DNA of 64,000 bases. It comes from an uncultured Chloroflexia bacterium. GTDB taxonomy: Bacteria; Chloroflexota; Limnocylindria; Limnocylindrales; CSP1-4. Of this stretch, positions 1-8,861 are shown one piece after another. The stretch's first letter is position 1, and the number at the start of each line of letters is the position of its first letter. The stretch spans positions 22,658 to 86,657 of the forward strand of contig CAWHDR010000002.1 in assembly GCA_963828165.1 (NCBI GenBank). The letters are read 5' to 3'. Under the pieces are notes generated by a model. The model was given only the letters and a program-made list of their open reading frames with translations. It was not told the DNA's origin and ran no database searches. The translations under genes were made by a program, and so were the position numbers.

Positions 1-1418
1 AGGTAGGCCTCGCGGGCGCGGTCGAAAGCCTCGCTCGCGGCCTCATTGTCGTCGGTGGCTGCCGCGCTCGAGCCATAGGCCTCCAGGATGCGCGCCCGGG
101 TCGCCGGGTCCTGATCCGTGGGTGCGGTCCGAAGGGCGCAGGCATAGAGCTCGCGCGCCTCCGCGTGGGATGACAGCGCCGACGCGGCATCCGCCGCCGC
201 GAGAGCCGCCCCGAACGCTTCGTCGCGCCGGCCGGCCCGTTCATAGTGGAGTGCCAGGAAGGCATCTGCCCCGACGTCGCTTCGACCGTTGGCCGCCTCA
301 GCGATGCGCGAATGGAGCCGACGCCGCTCGGGTTCCGGGATGTCGGCGTAGATCGCGTCGCAGATCAGTCCGTGCCGGAACCCGTACCGCCCCGGAGCGT
401 GGGCCGGCAGCAGGATGAAGTGGTCGGCCAGCTCCGCGAGCGGCGCTGACAGGTCGTCCGGCGCCTGGCCGGTCACGCTGGCGAGTAGCTCGAGATCGAA
501 CGACCGTCCGATGACGGCACCCGCCCGTGCCACGCTGGCCGCGGCCTCCGTCCGGCGGGCAAGCCTGGCGAGCACGGCGTCCTCGACCGTCTCGGGCACG
601 TCGGCGTGGCGGACCTCGTCGGCCACCAGGGTCGAGGACCCCGCGAGGACGGCAAGGAGCTCCTCGACGTGGAGGGGGATGCCGTCCGTTCGCTCGTGGA
701 TCGCCTCGGCGACATCACGCGCCGGCGGCAGGTCGGAGCCCGTGAGCAACGTCGTCATCGTCGTCGTGTCCGCCGCGGTCAGTCGGTCCAGGCGGACCTC
801 CTCGGCCTGCCGTCGGGCGAGCAGGCGGGAGCGCCACTCCCGCATCGGGGCTCGCGGGAAGAGTTCGTCGCTCCGGTACGTCCCGATGACCAGCAGGCGT
901 TCGTCGGGGACGCGGCGGGCCAGCGCCTCGAGGACCTCGAGCGTCAGGTCGTCGCTCCAGTGCAGGTCCTCCAGCGCCAGGACGGTCGGACCGCCGGCGG
1001 CCAGGCCGGCCAGGATCTCGGCGACGTCCAGGACGAGGAGGCGGCGGCGGCGCTGAGGATCGCCGGCGCCGGCTCGCTCCTCCTGGGCGCCAGCGTCCTC
1101 CAGGCGTCTGCCGAGCCGGGTCCCGATGTCGGCCAGCGCGGGCTGCCGCTGCATGGCGCGCGCGACATCGATGAGGATCGCGGCCGGGATTTGGATATCG
1201 CTCGGATACGCGCCGCCGCGGACCGTGCGGAGGCCGGCGGTCTCCGCGCGCCGCTCCATCGCGCCCAGGAGCCGGGTCTTGCCGACCCCGGCTTCTCCGG
1301 ACAGCAGGAGGAAGCGCCCCCCGCCGGCCGCGACCTCGGCGATCCGGCGATCCGCCAGCGCCAGGAGGTCATCACGGCCGACGAGCACCGGGCAGACAAG
1401 CGGTCGTCGGTCGTACAC
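1..1418 (-). CDS. AAA ATPase (STAND/LAL-LuxR-type regulator), partial; 3' end runs off the window
   Basis: Manual reverse-strand translation from GTG 1418: VYDRRPLVCPVLVGRDDLLALAD...LLSGEAGVGKTRLL (Walker A) and VLALEDLHWSDDLTLEVL (Walker B region). TACACT -10 lies 6 nt upstream. The C-terminal LuxR HTH is not visible. Confidence 0.8.
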   Translation of the reverse strand, partial: MYDRRPLVCPVLVGRDDLLALADRRIAEVAAGGGRFLLLSGEAGVGKTRLLGAMERRAETAGLRTVRGGAYPSDIQIPAAILIDVARAMQRQPALADIGTRLGRRLEDAGAQEERAGAGDPQRRRRLLVLDVAEILAGLAAGGPTVLALEDLHWSDDLTLEVLEALARRVPDERLLVIGTYRSDELFPRAPMREWRSRLLARRQAEEVRLDRLTAADTTTMTTLLTGSDLPPARDVAEAIHERTDGIPLHVEELLAVLAGSSTLVADEVRHADVPETVEDAVLARLARRTEAAASVARAGAVIGRSFDLELLASVTGQAPDDLSAPLAELADHFILLPAHAPGRYGFRHGLICDAIYADIPEPERRRLHSRIAEAANGRSDVGADAFLALHYERAGRRDEAFGAALAAADAASALSSHAEARELYACALRTAPTDQDPATRARILEAYGSSAAATDDNEAASEAFDRAREAY

Positions 1419-1448
1419 GCCGAAAGTGTAGGTGACGGTCACGCGACC

Positions 1449-1470
1449 TCATCGGTCACATGACCGATGA
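1449..1470. promoter_or_regulatory. Palindromic operator TCATCGGTCA-CA-TGACCGATGA
   Basis: Perfect 10-bp inverted repeat between the divergent AAA regulator and the DUF4242 gene. Confidence 0.6.
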
Positions 1471-1539
1471 CGCTCCCCTGTTCGGGCCCCAGGTTTGCCG
1501 CAGTCCACGGCATGGACAGCACGACAGGAGGAAAACGAG

Positions 1540-1791
1540 ATGGCGAGATTCATGGACGTCCATTCGGGGTTCGTCGGCGTGACGGGCCCGCAGCTCCGCG
1601 AGGCGCACGAGCGCGACCTCGCGATCGAGCAGGACGAAGGCGTGCACTTCGAGCGCGCGTGGCTCGATCCCGAGAGCGGCAAGGTCTTCTGCCTCTCCCA
1701 CGGTCCATCCAAGGAAGCCGTGATGCGCATCCACGAGCGAGCGGGTCACCCGACCGCCGAGGTCTACGCGATCACCGTGGAGGTGGAGTGA
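1540..1791 (+). CDS. DUF4242 / SCO4226-family small metal-binding protein
   Basis: MARFMDVH...EAHERDLAIEQDEGVHFERAWLDPESGKVFCLSHGPSKEAVMRIHERAGHP; GGAGG RBS upstream. Confidence 0.85.
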   Translation: MARFMDVHSGFVGVTGPQLREAHERDLAIEQDEGVHFERAWLDPESGKVFCLSHGPSKEAVMRIHERAGHPTAEVYAITVEVE

Positions 1792-2318
1792 TGCGTCGGT
1801 TGCTCATCGGGTCCATCGTGGTCGGCGCCCTGGTCATGACGGCGCTGGCCGGTGCCGTGGGCGCGTCGGCGCGTGCGGATGAGCTCGCGGCCGTTCGGTC
1901 GGCCACGGCTCGCTTCCATGATTTCGATAAGGCCGAGGCCGCTGGCTACGGCCTGTTCTACGTCTGCACCGATGAAGCCGGCCTCGGAGCCATGGGGCAG
2001 CACTACGTCAACGGCGGCCTCGTCGGGGATGCGGTCCTCGACCCCCGCGCGCCAGAGGCGATCATGTACGAGCCCACACCGGGCGGCGGCCAGCGGCTGG
2101 TGGGCGTCGAGTGGGTCGTGTTCCAGCAGGCATGGGTGGACGCCGGCAACACGGGCACGCCGTCGCTGTTCGGACGTTCGCTGAAGCTGGTCCCGTCCCC
2201 GAACCGCTACGGGATCCCGGCCTTCTACCAGCTCCACGCCTGGATCTGGAAGCCGAACCCCACCGGCGCGTACCAGGACTGGAACCCGCGCGTCTCGTGC
2301 CGCGGCAACGGGGACTGA
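1791..2318 (+). CDS. Secreted hypothetical protein (C..MGxHY..YE..GVE..LHAW family)
   Basis: N-terminal signal peptide; TGATG translational coupling to DUF4242; motifs VCT..GAMGQHY, PEAIMYEP, LVGVEW, FYQLHAWIWKPNP. Confidence 0.75.
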   Translation: MRRLLIGSIVVGALVMTALAGAVGASARADELAAVRSATARFHDFDKAEAAGYGLFYVCTDEAGLGAMGQHYVNGGLVGDAVLDPRAPEAIMYEPTPGGGQRLVGVEWVVFQQAWVDAGNTGTPSLFGRSLKLVPSPNRYGIPAFYQLHAWIWKPNPTGAYQDWNPRVSCRGNGD

Positions 2319-2384
2319 CGCCCGGCTGACACTCGCGTCATAGCGCGGTGCCGATCGACTGCCGGGCGGCGCCGCTACCTTTCC

Positions 2385-3132
2385 TTAGCGTCGGCGCCAT
2401 GCGAACAATCGCGTGGCGCCGACATCGCACCACACAAGGCCGGGCTCGGACGGCGGGGCCGATCCTGTCATGAGTGCAGCGACCCACCCTCGCGACGACC
2501 CAGGAAATCGGCTGCCAAATGCCTCCGGATATCTCGCGACCAGTGCACGATTCCTCGCCGTCGCGCGCACGACCCAGACAAGTCCGGTCGAGCTGTCGCT
2601 GCCCCACCGCGCGATCGCGAGATCCTCGAGCTCCGCGCCCTTTCGGGCGCTGGATCGTGCGGCCGATCCGACATCCCCGATGGTGTTCCAGCATTCGACC
2701 TGGATCAACCGACGTAACGTCGCGGAAGCGAGGCCCACATCCACGGAGCGCCACGGCTCCGCCGGGCGTGTCGGCAGTTCGAACGTCCCCGTGTAGCCCG
2801 CCAGGCGCCCGAGCCGCAGGACGAGTTCCTGGATCGCGAGATGGCCGGCGTCCGCCGTCGCCTCCAAGGGGTCCTTTCCGCCAAACGACACGATAAGCGG
2901 TCGATCGAGGGCAAGGGCGATCCGCTGCAGCGCATCGAGGTCGGGGTTTCCGATTCCCCGCTCGAATTCGACTCTCGACCATACGGCCGAGGCCGGCTCG
3001 CATGGCCAATTCGATCCGTGTCCAGCCGCGACGCTCGCGCATCGACTTGATCTCGGAACCGATGCGGGCCTGGAGATCGCGGTTCCGGCGATGGAGATCG
3101 ATCGCGCGCTGGGGTCGTCTGACGCCGGGCAT
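2385..3132 (-). CDS. XRE-family HTH protein with C-terminal PD-(D/E)xK-like domain (frameshift near 2966)
   Basis: ORF 2338..3132 gives the HTH start (IKSMRERRGWTRIELAMRAGLGRMVESRI). ORF 2385..3158 continues it (ERGIGNPDLDALQRIALAL...SVDVGL...IQVECWN). Removing one base joins them. Confidence 0.7.
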
Positions 3133-3139
3133 GATCGTG

Positions 3140-3327
3140 CCATGTTCATTCTTGGCACTTCACTGGCCGTTAGCCGCGGTGCGCAGCCTCATTCAAGCCG
3201 AACAACGAGGCCTAACGGGGCATCGCAGGCCACGGCATGTGCGTACCTGCGTGTACGGGTCCGTCGGTTCCGGCGCGATGACACCTTCGGCCCACAGATA
3301 TGCTGGAAATGATCACGTGGCGTGCAT
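3140..3327. repeat. Dispersed element of about 190 bp, copy A
   Basis: Its ends CCATGTTCATT (3140-3150) and AATGATCACGTGGCGTGCAT (3308-3327) recur inverted at 39325-39519. Confidence 0.5.
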
Positions 3328-3390
3328 CAAGGCCAAGTAGGGTCGTAGAGAGGCCCGGCCTCGCACGTGCGTTTCGTGGAGGACGACTCC

Positions 3391-3414
3391 GCGCTCGGGC
3401 ACGTGCCCGAGCGC
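3391..3414 (-). terminator. Perfect 24-bp palindrome downstream of clpX, putative terminator
   Basis: GCGCTCGGGCACGTGCCCGAGCGC, about 50 nt after the clpX stop; no U tract. Confidence 0.4.
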
Positions 3415-3466
3415 CCCTCGGTTCAGCCGAGTCCCCGGCAACTACCGCGGTCGGCGCCTGCCTTCC

Positions 3467-4777
3467 CTACGCGCTCTCGGCGCGTTCGGCGAGCCACTCC
3501 TCGTAATTCGTCTCATCGACGCCGTCGTCGACGTCCGTCTTGGTGAGCAGCAGCGGGAGCCGGCCCTCGCGGATGGTCTCCTCGGTGATGATGCATTTGC
3601 GGATGTCCGTGCGCTCCGGGATGTCGTACATCACCTCGAGGAGCGACTCCTCCACGATCGAGCGCAGGGCTCGAGCCCCGGTCTTGCGATCCAGGGCCAC
3701 CTCGGCGGCCGCCTTGAGCGCACCAGGTGTGAACGCCAGCTCGACCTTGTCGAGCGAGAGGAACTTCTGGAACTGCCGCGTGACGGCGTTCTTCGGCTCG
3801 GTGAGCACCCGGACGAGGTCCTCGGCGCTCAGGGCCGTGAGCGTGACCATCACGGGCAACCGCCCGATGAACTCGGGGATGAGCCCGAACTTGAGCAGGT
3901 CCTCGGGCATGAGCTTCTCGAGCACCTTGCCCCGCTCGACCGCGCCCATCGGCGTCTCCGACCCGAAGCCGATGGCCCGCTTGCCCACCCGCTCCTCGAC
4001 GATCTTCTCGAGGCCGTCGAAGGCGCCGCCGCAGATGAACAGCACGTTCGTCGTGTCGATCTGGATGAAGTCCTGGTGCGGATGCTTGCGACCGCCCTGC
4101 GGCGGGACGTTGGCGACGGTGCCCTCGAGGATCTTGAGCAGGGCCTGCTGCACGCCCTCCCCGGAGACGTCGCGGGTGATGGACGGGTTGTCCGCCTTGC
4201 GCGCGATCTTGTCGATCTCGTCGATATAGATGATCCCGCGCTGGGCCCGGGCGACATCGAAGTCCGCCGCCTGGATCAGCCGCAGCAGGATGTTCTCGAC
4301 GTCCTCGCCGACGTAGCCTGCCTCCGTCAGCGACGTGGCGTCCGCGATACAGAAGGGCACGTCCAACACCCTGGCCAGCGTCTGCGCGAGCAGCGTCTTG
4401 CCGGAACCGGTCGGTCCGACCAGCAGGACGTTCGACTTCTGGAGCTCGACGTCATCGACCTGGTGGCCGGCATTCACCCGCTTGTAGTGGTTGTAGACGG
4501 CCACCGACAGGACCTTCTTGGCCCGGTCCTGGCTGATGACGTACGAATCGAGCGCGTCCTTGATCTGGTGCGGGTTGGGGAGCTTCGAAGCCGCCTGCTT
4601 GGGGCGCGGCGTCTCGAGCATCTCCTCCTCGATGATCTCCTGGCACAGGTTGATGCACTCATCGCAGATGTAGACGCCCTGCCCCGCGATGAGCTTGCGA
4701 ACCTGTTCCTGGCTCTTGCCGCAGAAGGAACAGCGGTAGGGGACCTTGGGTCCCTTGCTGCTGCTGGTGGAGGTCAC
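3467..4777 (-). CDS. clpX: ATP-dependent Clp protease ATP-binding subunit ClpX
   Basis: Zn finger CSFCGK...CDEC, Walker [13 protein letters not shown] loop, IGF loop. Confidence 0.97.
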   Translation of the reverse strand: MTSTSSSKGPKVPYRCSFCGKSQEQVRKLIAGQGVYICDECINLCQEIIEEEMLETPRPKQAASKLPNPHQIKDALDSYVISQDRAKKVLSVAVYNHYKRVNAGHQVDDVELQKSNVLLVGPTGSGKTLLAQTLARVLDVPFCIADATSLTEAGYVGEDVENILLRLIQAADFDVARAQRGIIYIDEIDKIARKADNPSITRDVSGEGVQQALLKILEGTVANVPPQGGRKHPHQDFIQIDTTNVLFICGGAFDGLEKIVEERVGKRAIGFGSETPMGAVERGKVLEKLMPEDLLKFGLIPEFIGRLPVMVTLTALSAEDLVRVLTEPKNAVTRQFQKFLSLDKVELAFTPGALKAAAEVALDRKTGARALRSIVEESLLEVMYDIPERTDIRKCIITEETIREGRLPLLLTKTDVDDGVDETNYEEWLAERAESA

Positions 4778-4802
4778 GTGCCGGCCTGGCTCCCTTGCCT
4801 GT

Positions 4803-5489
4803 CTATTCGCCCTTCGTCGAGCGCTTCGTCTCGGGTGCCGGAGCTTCCACGGGTTCTTCCGCAGCCTCTTCGGCAGCCTTCTCGTCGTGGTGCTGCGCAG
4901 TCAGTGAATCCCACTGCTCCGAGTACACCGCGTCGATGATGCCATAGTCCTTGGCCGCTTCGGGAGACATGAAGAAGTCCCGGTCCGTATCCTTTCGGAC
5001 CTTCTCGAGGGGCTGGCCCGTGTGGCGCGACAGGATCTCGTTGTTGCGCTCGACGAGGAATTCCCACTCCTTCATCTGGATCAGCGCGTCCGGGGCATTG
5101 CCACGGAAGCCACCCGAGCCTTGGTGGATCATGACCCGCGCGTTCGGCAGCGCGTAGCGCTTGCCCTTGCGGCCGGCGGCCAGCAGCACGGCCGCCATCG
5201 ACGCCGCCATGCCGATGCAGATCGTGCTGACCGGGGCCCGCAGGTACTGCATGGTGTCGTAGATGGCGAGCCCCGAATTCACGACCCCACCGGGCGAGTT
5301 GATGTAGAGGCTGATGTCCTTCTCAGGGTCCTCCGAGTCGAGGAACAGGAGCTGCGCGATGACGAGATTGGCGAGGTGGTCCTCGATCGCATCGCCGAGG
5401 AAGACGATGCGTTCGCGCAGCAGCCGCGAGTAGATGTCGTAGGCGCGTTCTCCGCGGCTGGAGGTTTCGATGACCATGGGGACGAGCAT
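4803..5489 (-). CDS. clpP: ATP-dependent Clp protease proteolytic subunit
   Basis: [30 protein letters not shown] (Ser), MIHQ (His), DRD (Asp). Confidence 0.97.
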   Translation of the reverse strand: MLVPMVIETSSRGERAYDIYSRLLRERIVFLGDAIEDHLANLVIAQLLFLDSEDPEKDISLYINSPGGVVNSGLAIYDTMQYLRAPVSTICIGMAASMAAVLLAAGRKGKRYALPNARVMIHQGSGGFRGNAPDALIQMKEWEFLVERNNEILSRHTGQPLEKVRKDTDRDFFMSPEAAKDYGIIDAVYSEQWDSLTAQHHDEKAAEEAAEEPVEAPAPETKRSTKGE

Positions 5490-5634
5490 TCGGGATCTCC
5501 TGGGCGAACCGTTTTCTTGTGTCTGGGTGGGTCCGTGTCAGCCGGCCCTGGCCGGCACGTCTGTGGGTTGATCGGTGGCGGCAGGTTCGGCGTCGGTCGA
5601 CCCGGCATCGGATGACTCGGCATCCTGCCCATGG

Positions 5635-7062
5635 TCATCGCGGGTCGTGGTCGTGGTCGTGGTCGTGCGCCGCGTGGTCGTGCGCGCCGTGGTCGTGCGC
5701 TCCGTGGTCGTGGCCGGCCGTGCCCTCCGCGCCACCCACCTGGTCCTCGAGGTGCGGCATCGGCGGGTGCTCCGGATGGTCCGCCAGCCACGCATCCACG
5801 ATCCGTTCGATGACCCGGCTCCGGCGTAACGTGCTGCGGATGAACGACCGGCCCCGTTCCGAGGCGAAGTACTCCGTCAGCCGCTCGTCGCCAGCGTATC
5901 GCTCGCGGCCCAATGCGACCTCGGCGTCGACGTCCGCGTCGGTGACCTCGAGGCTCTCCTCGTCGGCGACCTTCGAGAGCACGAGCAGCGTCTTGGCCCG
6001 CTTCTCGGCGTTCGGGCGGAATTCGGCGTGGATGTCTTCGCTGGTCTTCTCGACGGCCTTGAAGTACGCCTCTTCTGTGATGCCCTGGCGCGCGAGCGAG
6101 GCCCGGAACTCATCGTGCATGACCTCGACCTCCTGGTCGATCAGCACGTCGGGCAGCTCGACCGTGGCGTTGGCCACCGCGTACTCGATGATCCGGTCCG
6201 CGAACCCATGCCGGGCGCGGTCGAGCGCGTTCTCCTCGAGCCGCTTGCGGATGTCGCCCCGCATCTCTTCGAGCGACCCGAACTGCCCGACGCTGGCGAT
6301 GAAGTCCTCGTCGAGGTCGGGCTGGATCTTCTCGCGAAGCTCCTTGACCTCGACGCTGAAATGGGCGACTTGGCCGGCAAGCGCCGGCTCGCCGTAGTCC
6401 TCGGGGAACGTGATGTCGAACTCGGTCGTCTCGCCGACCTTGACGCCGATGAGGTTCGTTTCGAACCCGGGGATGAGGCGCTCCTGGCCGATGATCAGCG
6501 GCATCCGCTCGGACGTACCGCCCTCGAACGGCTCGCCGTCCTTGGTGCCGATGAACGAGATCACCGCGTAGTCGCCGTCCTGGGCGCCGCGGTCCTCGAC
6601 CGGCGCGAGGGTCGCGTTCTGGTCGCGCAGCTCCTCGACGACCTGGTCGACGCGGGCGTCGTCGATGACGTCGATCTCGGGCGCGAAGTTGAAGTTGCGA
6701 TAGTCCCCGAGGGTCACCTCGGGGCGGACCGGGACCGTCGCCTTGAAGATGAGCGGCTTGCCCTCCTCGGCCTGGACCACCTCCACGTCGGCGTTGCTCA
6801 ACGGCAGGATCGCCTCCTGGATGATCGCTTCGCGATAGGCGTCCTGCATCAGGTGATCGACCGCCTCGTCGAGCACGACACCAGGCCCCAGATGTCGCTC
6901 GAGGACCGGGCGTGGTGCCTTGCCCGGTCGGAAGCCGGGCACACGGGTCCGCCGGGCAAGCGCTCGTACGGCGTCGTTCAGCGCTCGCTCGAGACGCTCC
7001 GGGGGCAGCTCGATCTCGAGCTGGACGGTGGACTTGGGGGCCGGGGTACGGGTGACCTGCAT
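5635..7062 (-). CDS. tig: Trigger factor with His-rich C-terminal tail
   Basis: Ribosome-binding signature VPGFRPGKAP, FKBP domain (LIPGFE, FPEDY), tig-clpP-clpX synteny. Confidence 0.95.
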   Translation of the reverse strand: MQVTRTPAPKSTVQLEIELPPERLERALNDAVRALARRTRVPGFRPGKAPRPVLERHLGPGVVLDEAVDHLMQDAYREAIIQEAILPLSNADVEVVQAEEGKPLIFKATVPVRPEVTLGDYRNFNFAPEIDVIDDARVDQVVEELRDQNATLAPVEDRGAQDGDYAVISFIGTKDGEPFEGGTSERMPLIIGQERLIPGFETNLIGVKVGETTEFDITFPEDYGEPALAGQVAHFSVEVKELREKIQPDLDEDFIASVGQFGSLEEMRGDIRKRLEENALDRARHGFADRIIEYAVANATVELPDVLIDQEVEVMHDEFRASLARQGITEEAYFKAVEKTSEDIHAEFRPNAEKRAKTLLVLSKVADEESLEVTDADVDAEVALGRERYAGDERLTEYFASERGRSFIRSTLRRSRVIERIVDAWLADHPEHPPMPHLEDQVGGAEGTAGHDHGAHDHGAHDHAAHDHDHDHDPR

Positions 7063-7156
7063 CGCCGGGAAGTATAGGGCGGTGACCTGGTTCGGGCGGC
7101 CTGCGGGACCGTGACCCTGCGGCCGGGTGCCGAGTATGCCCGCTACACTCTGCGAC

Positions 7157-7244
7157 GGGCGAGTGGCGGAATGGCAGACGCGCCGGCTTTAGGAGCCGGT
7201 GCTGCGTGAGCAGCGTGTCGGTTCGACCCCGACCTCGCCTACCA
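7157..7244 (+). tRNA. tRNA-Leu (anticodon TAG)
   Basis: Acceptor stem GGGCGAG/CTCGCCT, D-arm TGGCGGAATGGCAGACGC, anticodon arm CCGGC-TTTAGGA-GCCGG, long variable arm, GGTTCGAC T-loop, encoded ACCA end. Confidence 0.95.
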
Positions 7245-7289
7245 CCCCGCGGGCGGCGCCGATGCGACTCCGCGGCTGGTCTCATGGCG

Positions 7290-7937
7290 TCAGATGCCGG
7301 TTGGGGCTGTCTCGTCGGCCGGGCTCGCGGGGTTGCCGTCCTCGTGTTCCTGTCTGCGGACGCGCGCGATCCGTTCCTGGGCGGAAGCGCCGGCCCGTTG
7401 GGCACCGTCCCGTGCTCGCCCGACCCCTTGCCCGGCCCGTTCTCGGGCTTCGTTCAGACGCGCCGGGACCCCTTCCGAATCCGGGCTGAACAGGGCGTCG
7501 CCGATCGCCTTCGCGGTACGTCCGAGGAGGGGTCGAGCCACCGACAGGAGCAGGATGCTCTTGAGGCCCTCTCGTTCCTTGTGCGCCTTCTTGGCGTAGT
7601 CGGCGAAGTCGCGCTCCAGCGCCGCGCCAACCTTCTCGCCGTCGTCACCAAGCTTGCGCAGCGTCTTCTCGACCTCTGGCGGCAGCATGCGCTTGGGCAT
7701 GGGCTCGGGCTCTCCCCAGATCGCTCGCCGAACGGCCCTGAAGGTGCGCTGCGGACCCTTGAGCGCAAGGAAGCCGACTGCCGCAACGACGCCGACGGCC
7801 TTGGCCGGACTCTCCCGGACCCGTGCCGGGATGTCGACGGCCGCGCGCCCAGACGCCCCGAGCTGCTCGAGCTGCGTCTCGAATTCGGCCCGAGCCGCTA
7901 GGACCCGGTCCCGGGCGGCATCTTGCTCTGTAGCCAC
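7290..7937 (-). CDS. Hypothetical protein (DUF3618-like, partner of holin-like membrane protein)
   Basis: N-terminal helical segment plus one hydrophobic stretch; overlaps the end of the upstream membrane gene. Confidence 0.6.
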   Translation of the reverse strand: MATEQDAARDRVLAARAEFETQLEQLGASGRAAVDIPARVRESPAKAVGVVAAVGFLALKGPQRTFRAVRRAIWGEPEPMPKRMLPPEVEKTLRKLGDDGEKVGAALERDFADYAKKAHKEREGLKSILLLSVARPLLGRTAKAIGDALFSPDSEGVPARLNEARERAGQGVGRARDGAQRAGASAQERIARVRRQEHEDGNPASPADETAPTGI

Positions 7938-8728
7938 GTGAGGGTCTCCTTGCTGGTCTCGATCGTGTGGGTCGGGAGGAACCGGGCCTTGAGCACGTCG
8001 AGATCGACACCGGTCCGGGCGATGTCGGCGCCCATCAGTCCGATCCAGGTGAGGTAGCCCACGGCGATGCCGATGCCGGCCCCGACCTGTGGTCCGGTGT
8101 TGACGGCCGTTACGGCGCCGACGAGTGCGCCGAGGACGACGCCACCGAGCAACGCCCCGACGCGTCCGGCCCCGTCGGTCGCGCGCAGGGCCCCGACGAG
8201 GCCGCCGATCAGCCCGATGACCGCCCAGATGACCGCCCCGACGACCAGCGGCCGGACACCAGCCTCGATCCCGGGCAGCGCGGCGTCACCGATGGCCGTA
8301 TACAGCCGGTTTGGAAGCGCCAGCGCCATCAGCACGGACACACCGACGGCCACCAGCAGGCCAAGGATGAATGCCCGGCCGATCCGCGCTCCGCTCATCC
8401 CGACCACGGCGAGGCCACAGGCCACCGCGATAGCCGTGAGCAGCAGCACCCCGTGAAGGACGCCCCAGCCCATCGAGCCCAGGAGCCACTCTCCCAGGAA
8501 CAGCGATGAGCCGATGAACAGGAGGATGACGGCGAGGAGGCCGACCGCGATCGCGATCGCGACGAAAACGACGACCTTGGCGATCTCGCTCTTGATCGCC
8601 GCCGCCTCGGCCTTCGCCAGGTCGATGTGGGCCGTCGCGAGGCGCACCGCGGATCCACGGGTGGAACGCAGCTGGGCGAATAGCCCCGGCGGCTTGGGCT
8701 TGTGCTCGGGCTGGCGAGGGTCGTCCAG
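7898..8728 (-). CDS. Multi-pass membrane protein (phage holin 3.6/DUF1469-like N-terminus); start uncertain
   Basis: LATAHIDLAKAE motif, multiple TM helices, C-terminal P..TIETSKETLTWL. The 5' part of ORF 7898..9508 is a shadow of cinA. Confidence 0.6.
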   Translation of the reverse strand: MDDPRQPEHKPKPPGLFAQLRSTRGSAVRLATAHIDLAKAEAAAIKSEIAKVVVFVAIAIAVGLLAVILLFIGSSLFLGEWLLGSMGWGVLHGVLLLTAIAVACGLAVVGMSGARIGRAFILGLLVAVGVSVLMALALPNRLYTAIGDAALPGIEAGVRPLVVGAVIWAVIGLIGGLVGALRATDGAGRVGALLGGVVLGALVGAVTAVNTGPQVGAGIGIAVGYLTWIGLMGADIARTGVDLDVLKARFLPTHTIETSKETLTWLQSKMPPGTGS

Positions 8729-8861
8729 GGTCCTGCTCCATCGCGGGCTTGAGGAGTACCGCCGGCTGGGACCGGGGCCGGCGGCGATGATAGCAGCGCT
8801 CGGATGACGCACGGCCACGAGTCGACCCCGGTCACCTCGCAGGACCGTTACGCTGGCGCGC

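Noticed and set aside
5640-5715. Short tandem GGTCGT repeats as a possible CRISPR or VNTR
   Set aside because: They encode the His-Asp tail of trigger factor; there are no spacers
7157-7244. tRNA as an integration site for an island
   Set aside because: No integrase, and no duplicated tRNA 3' end was noticed in the window
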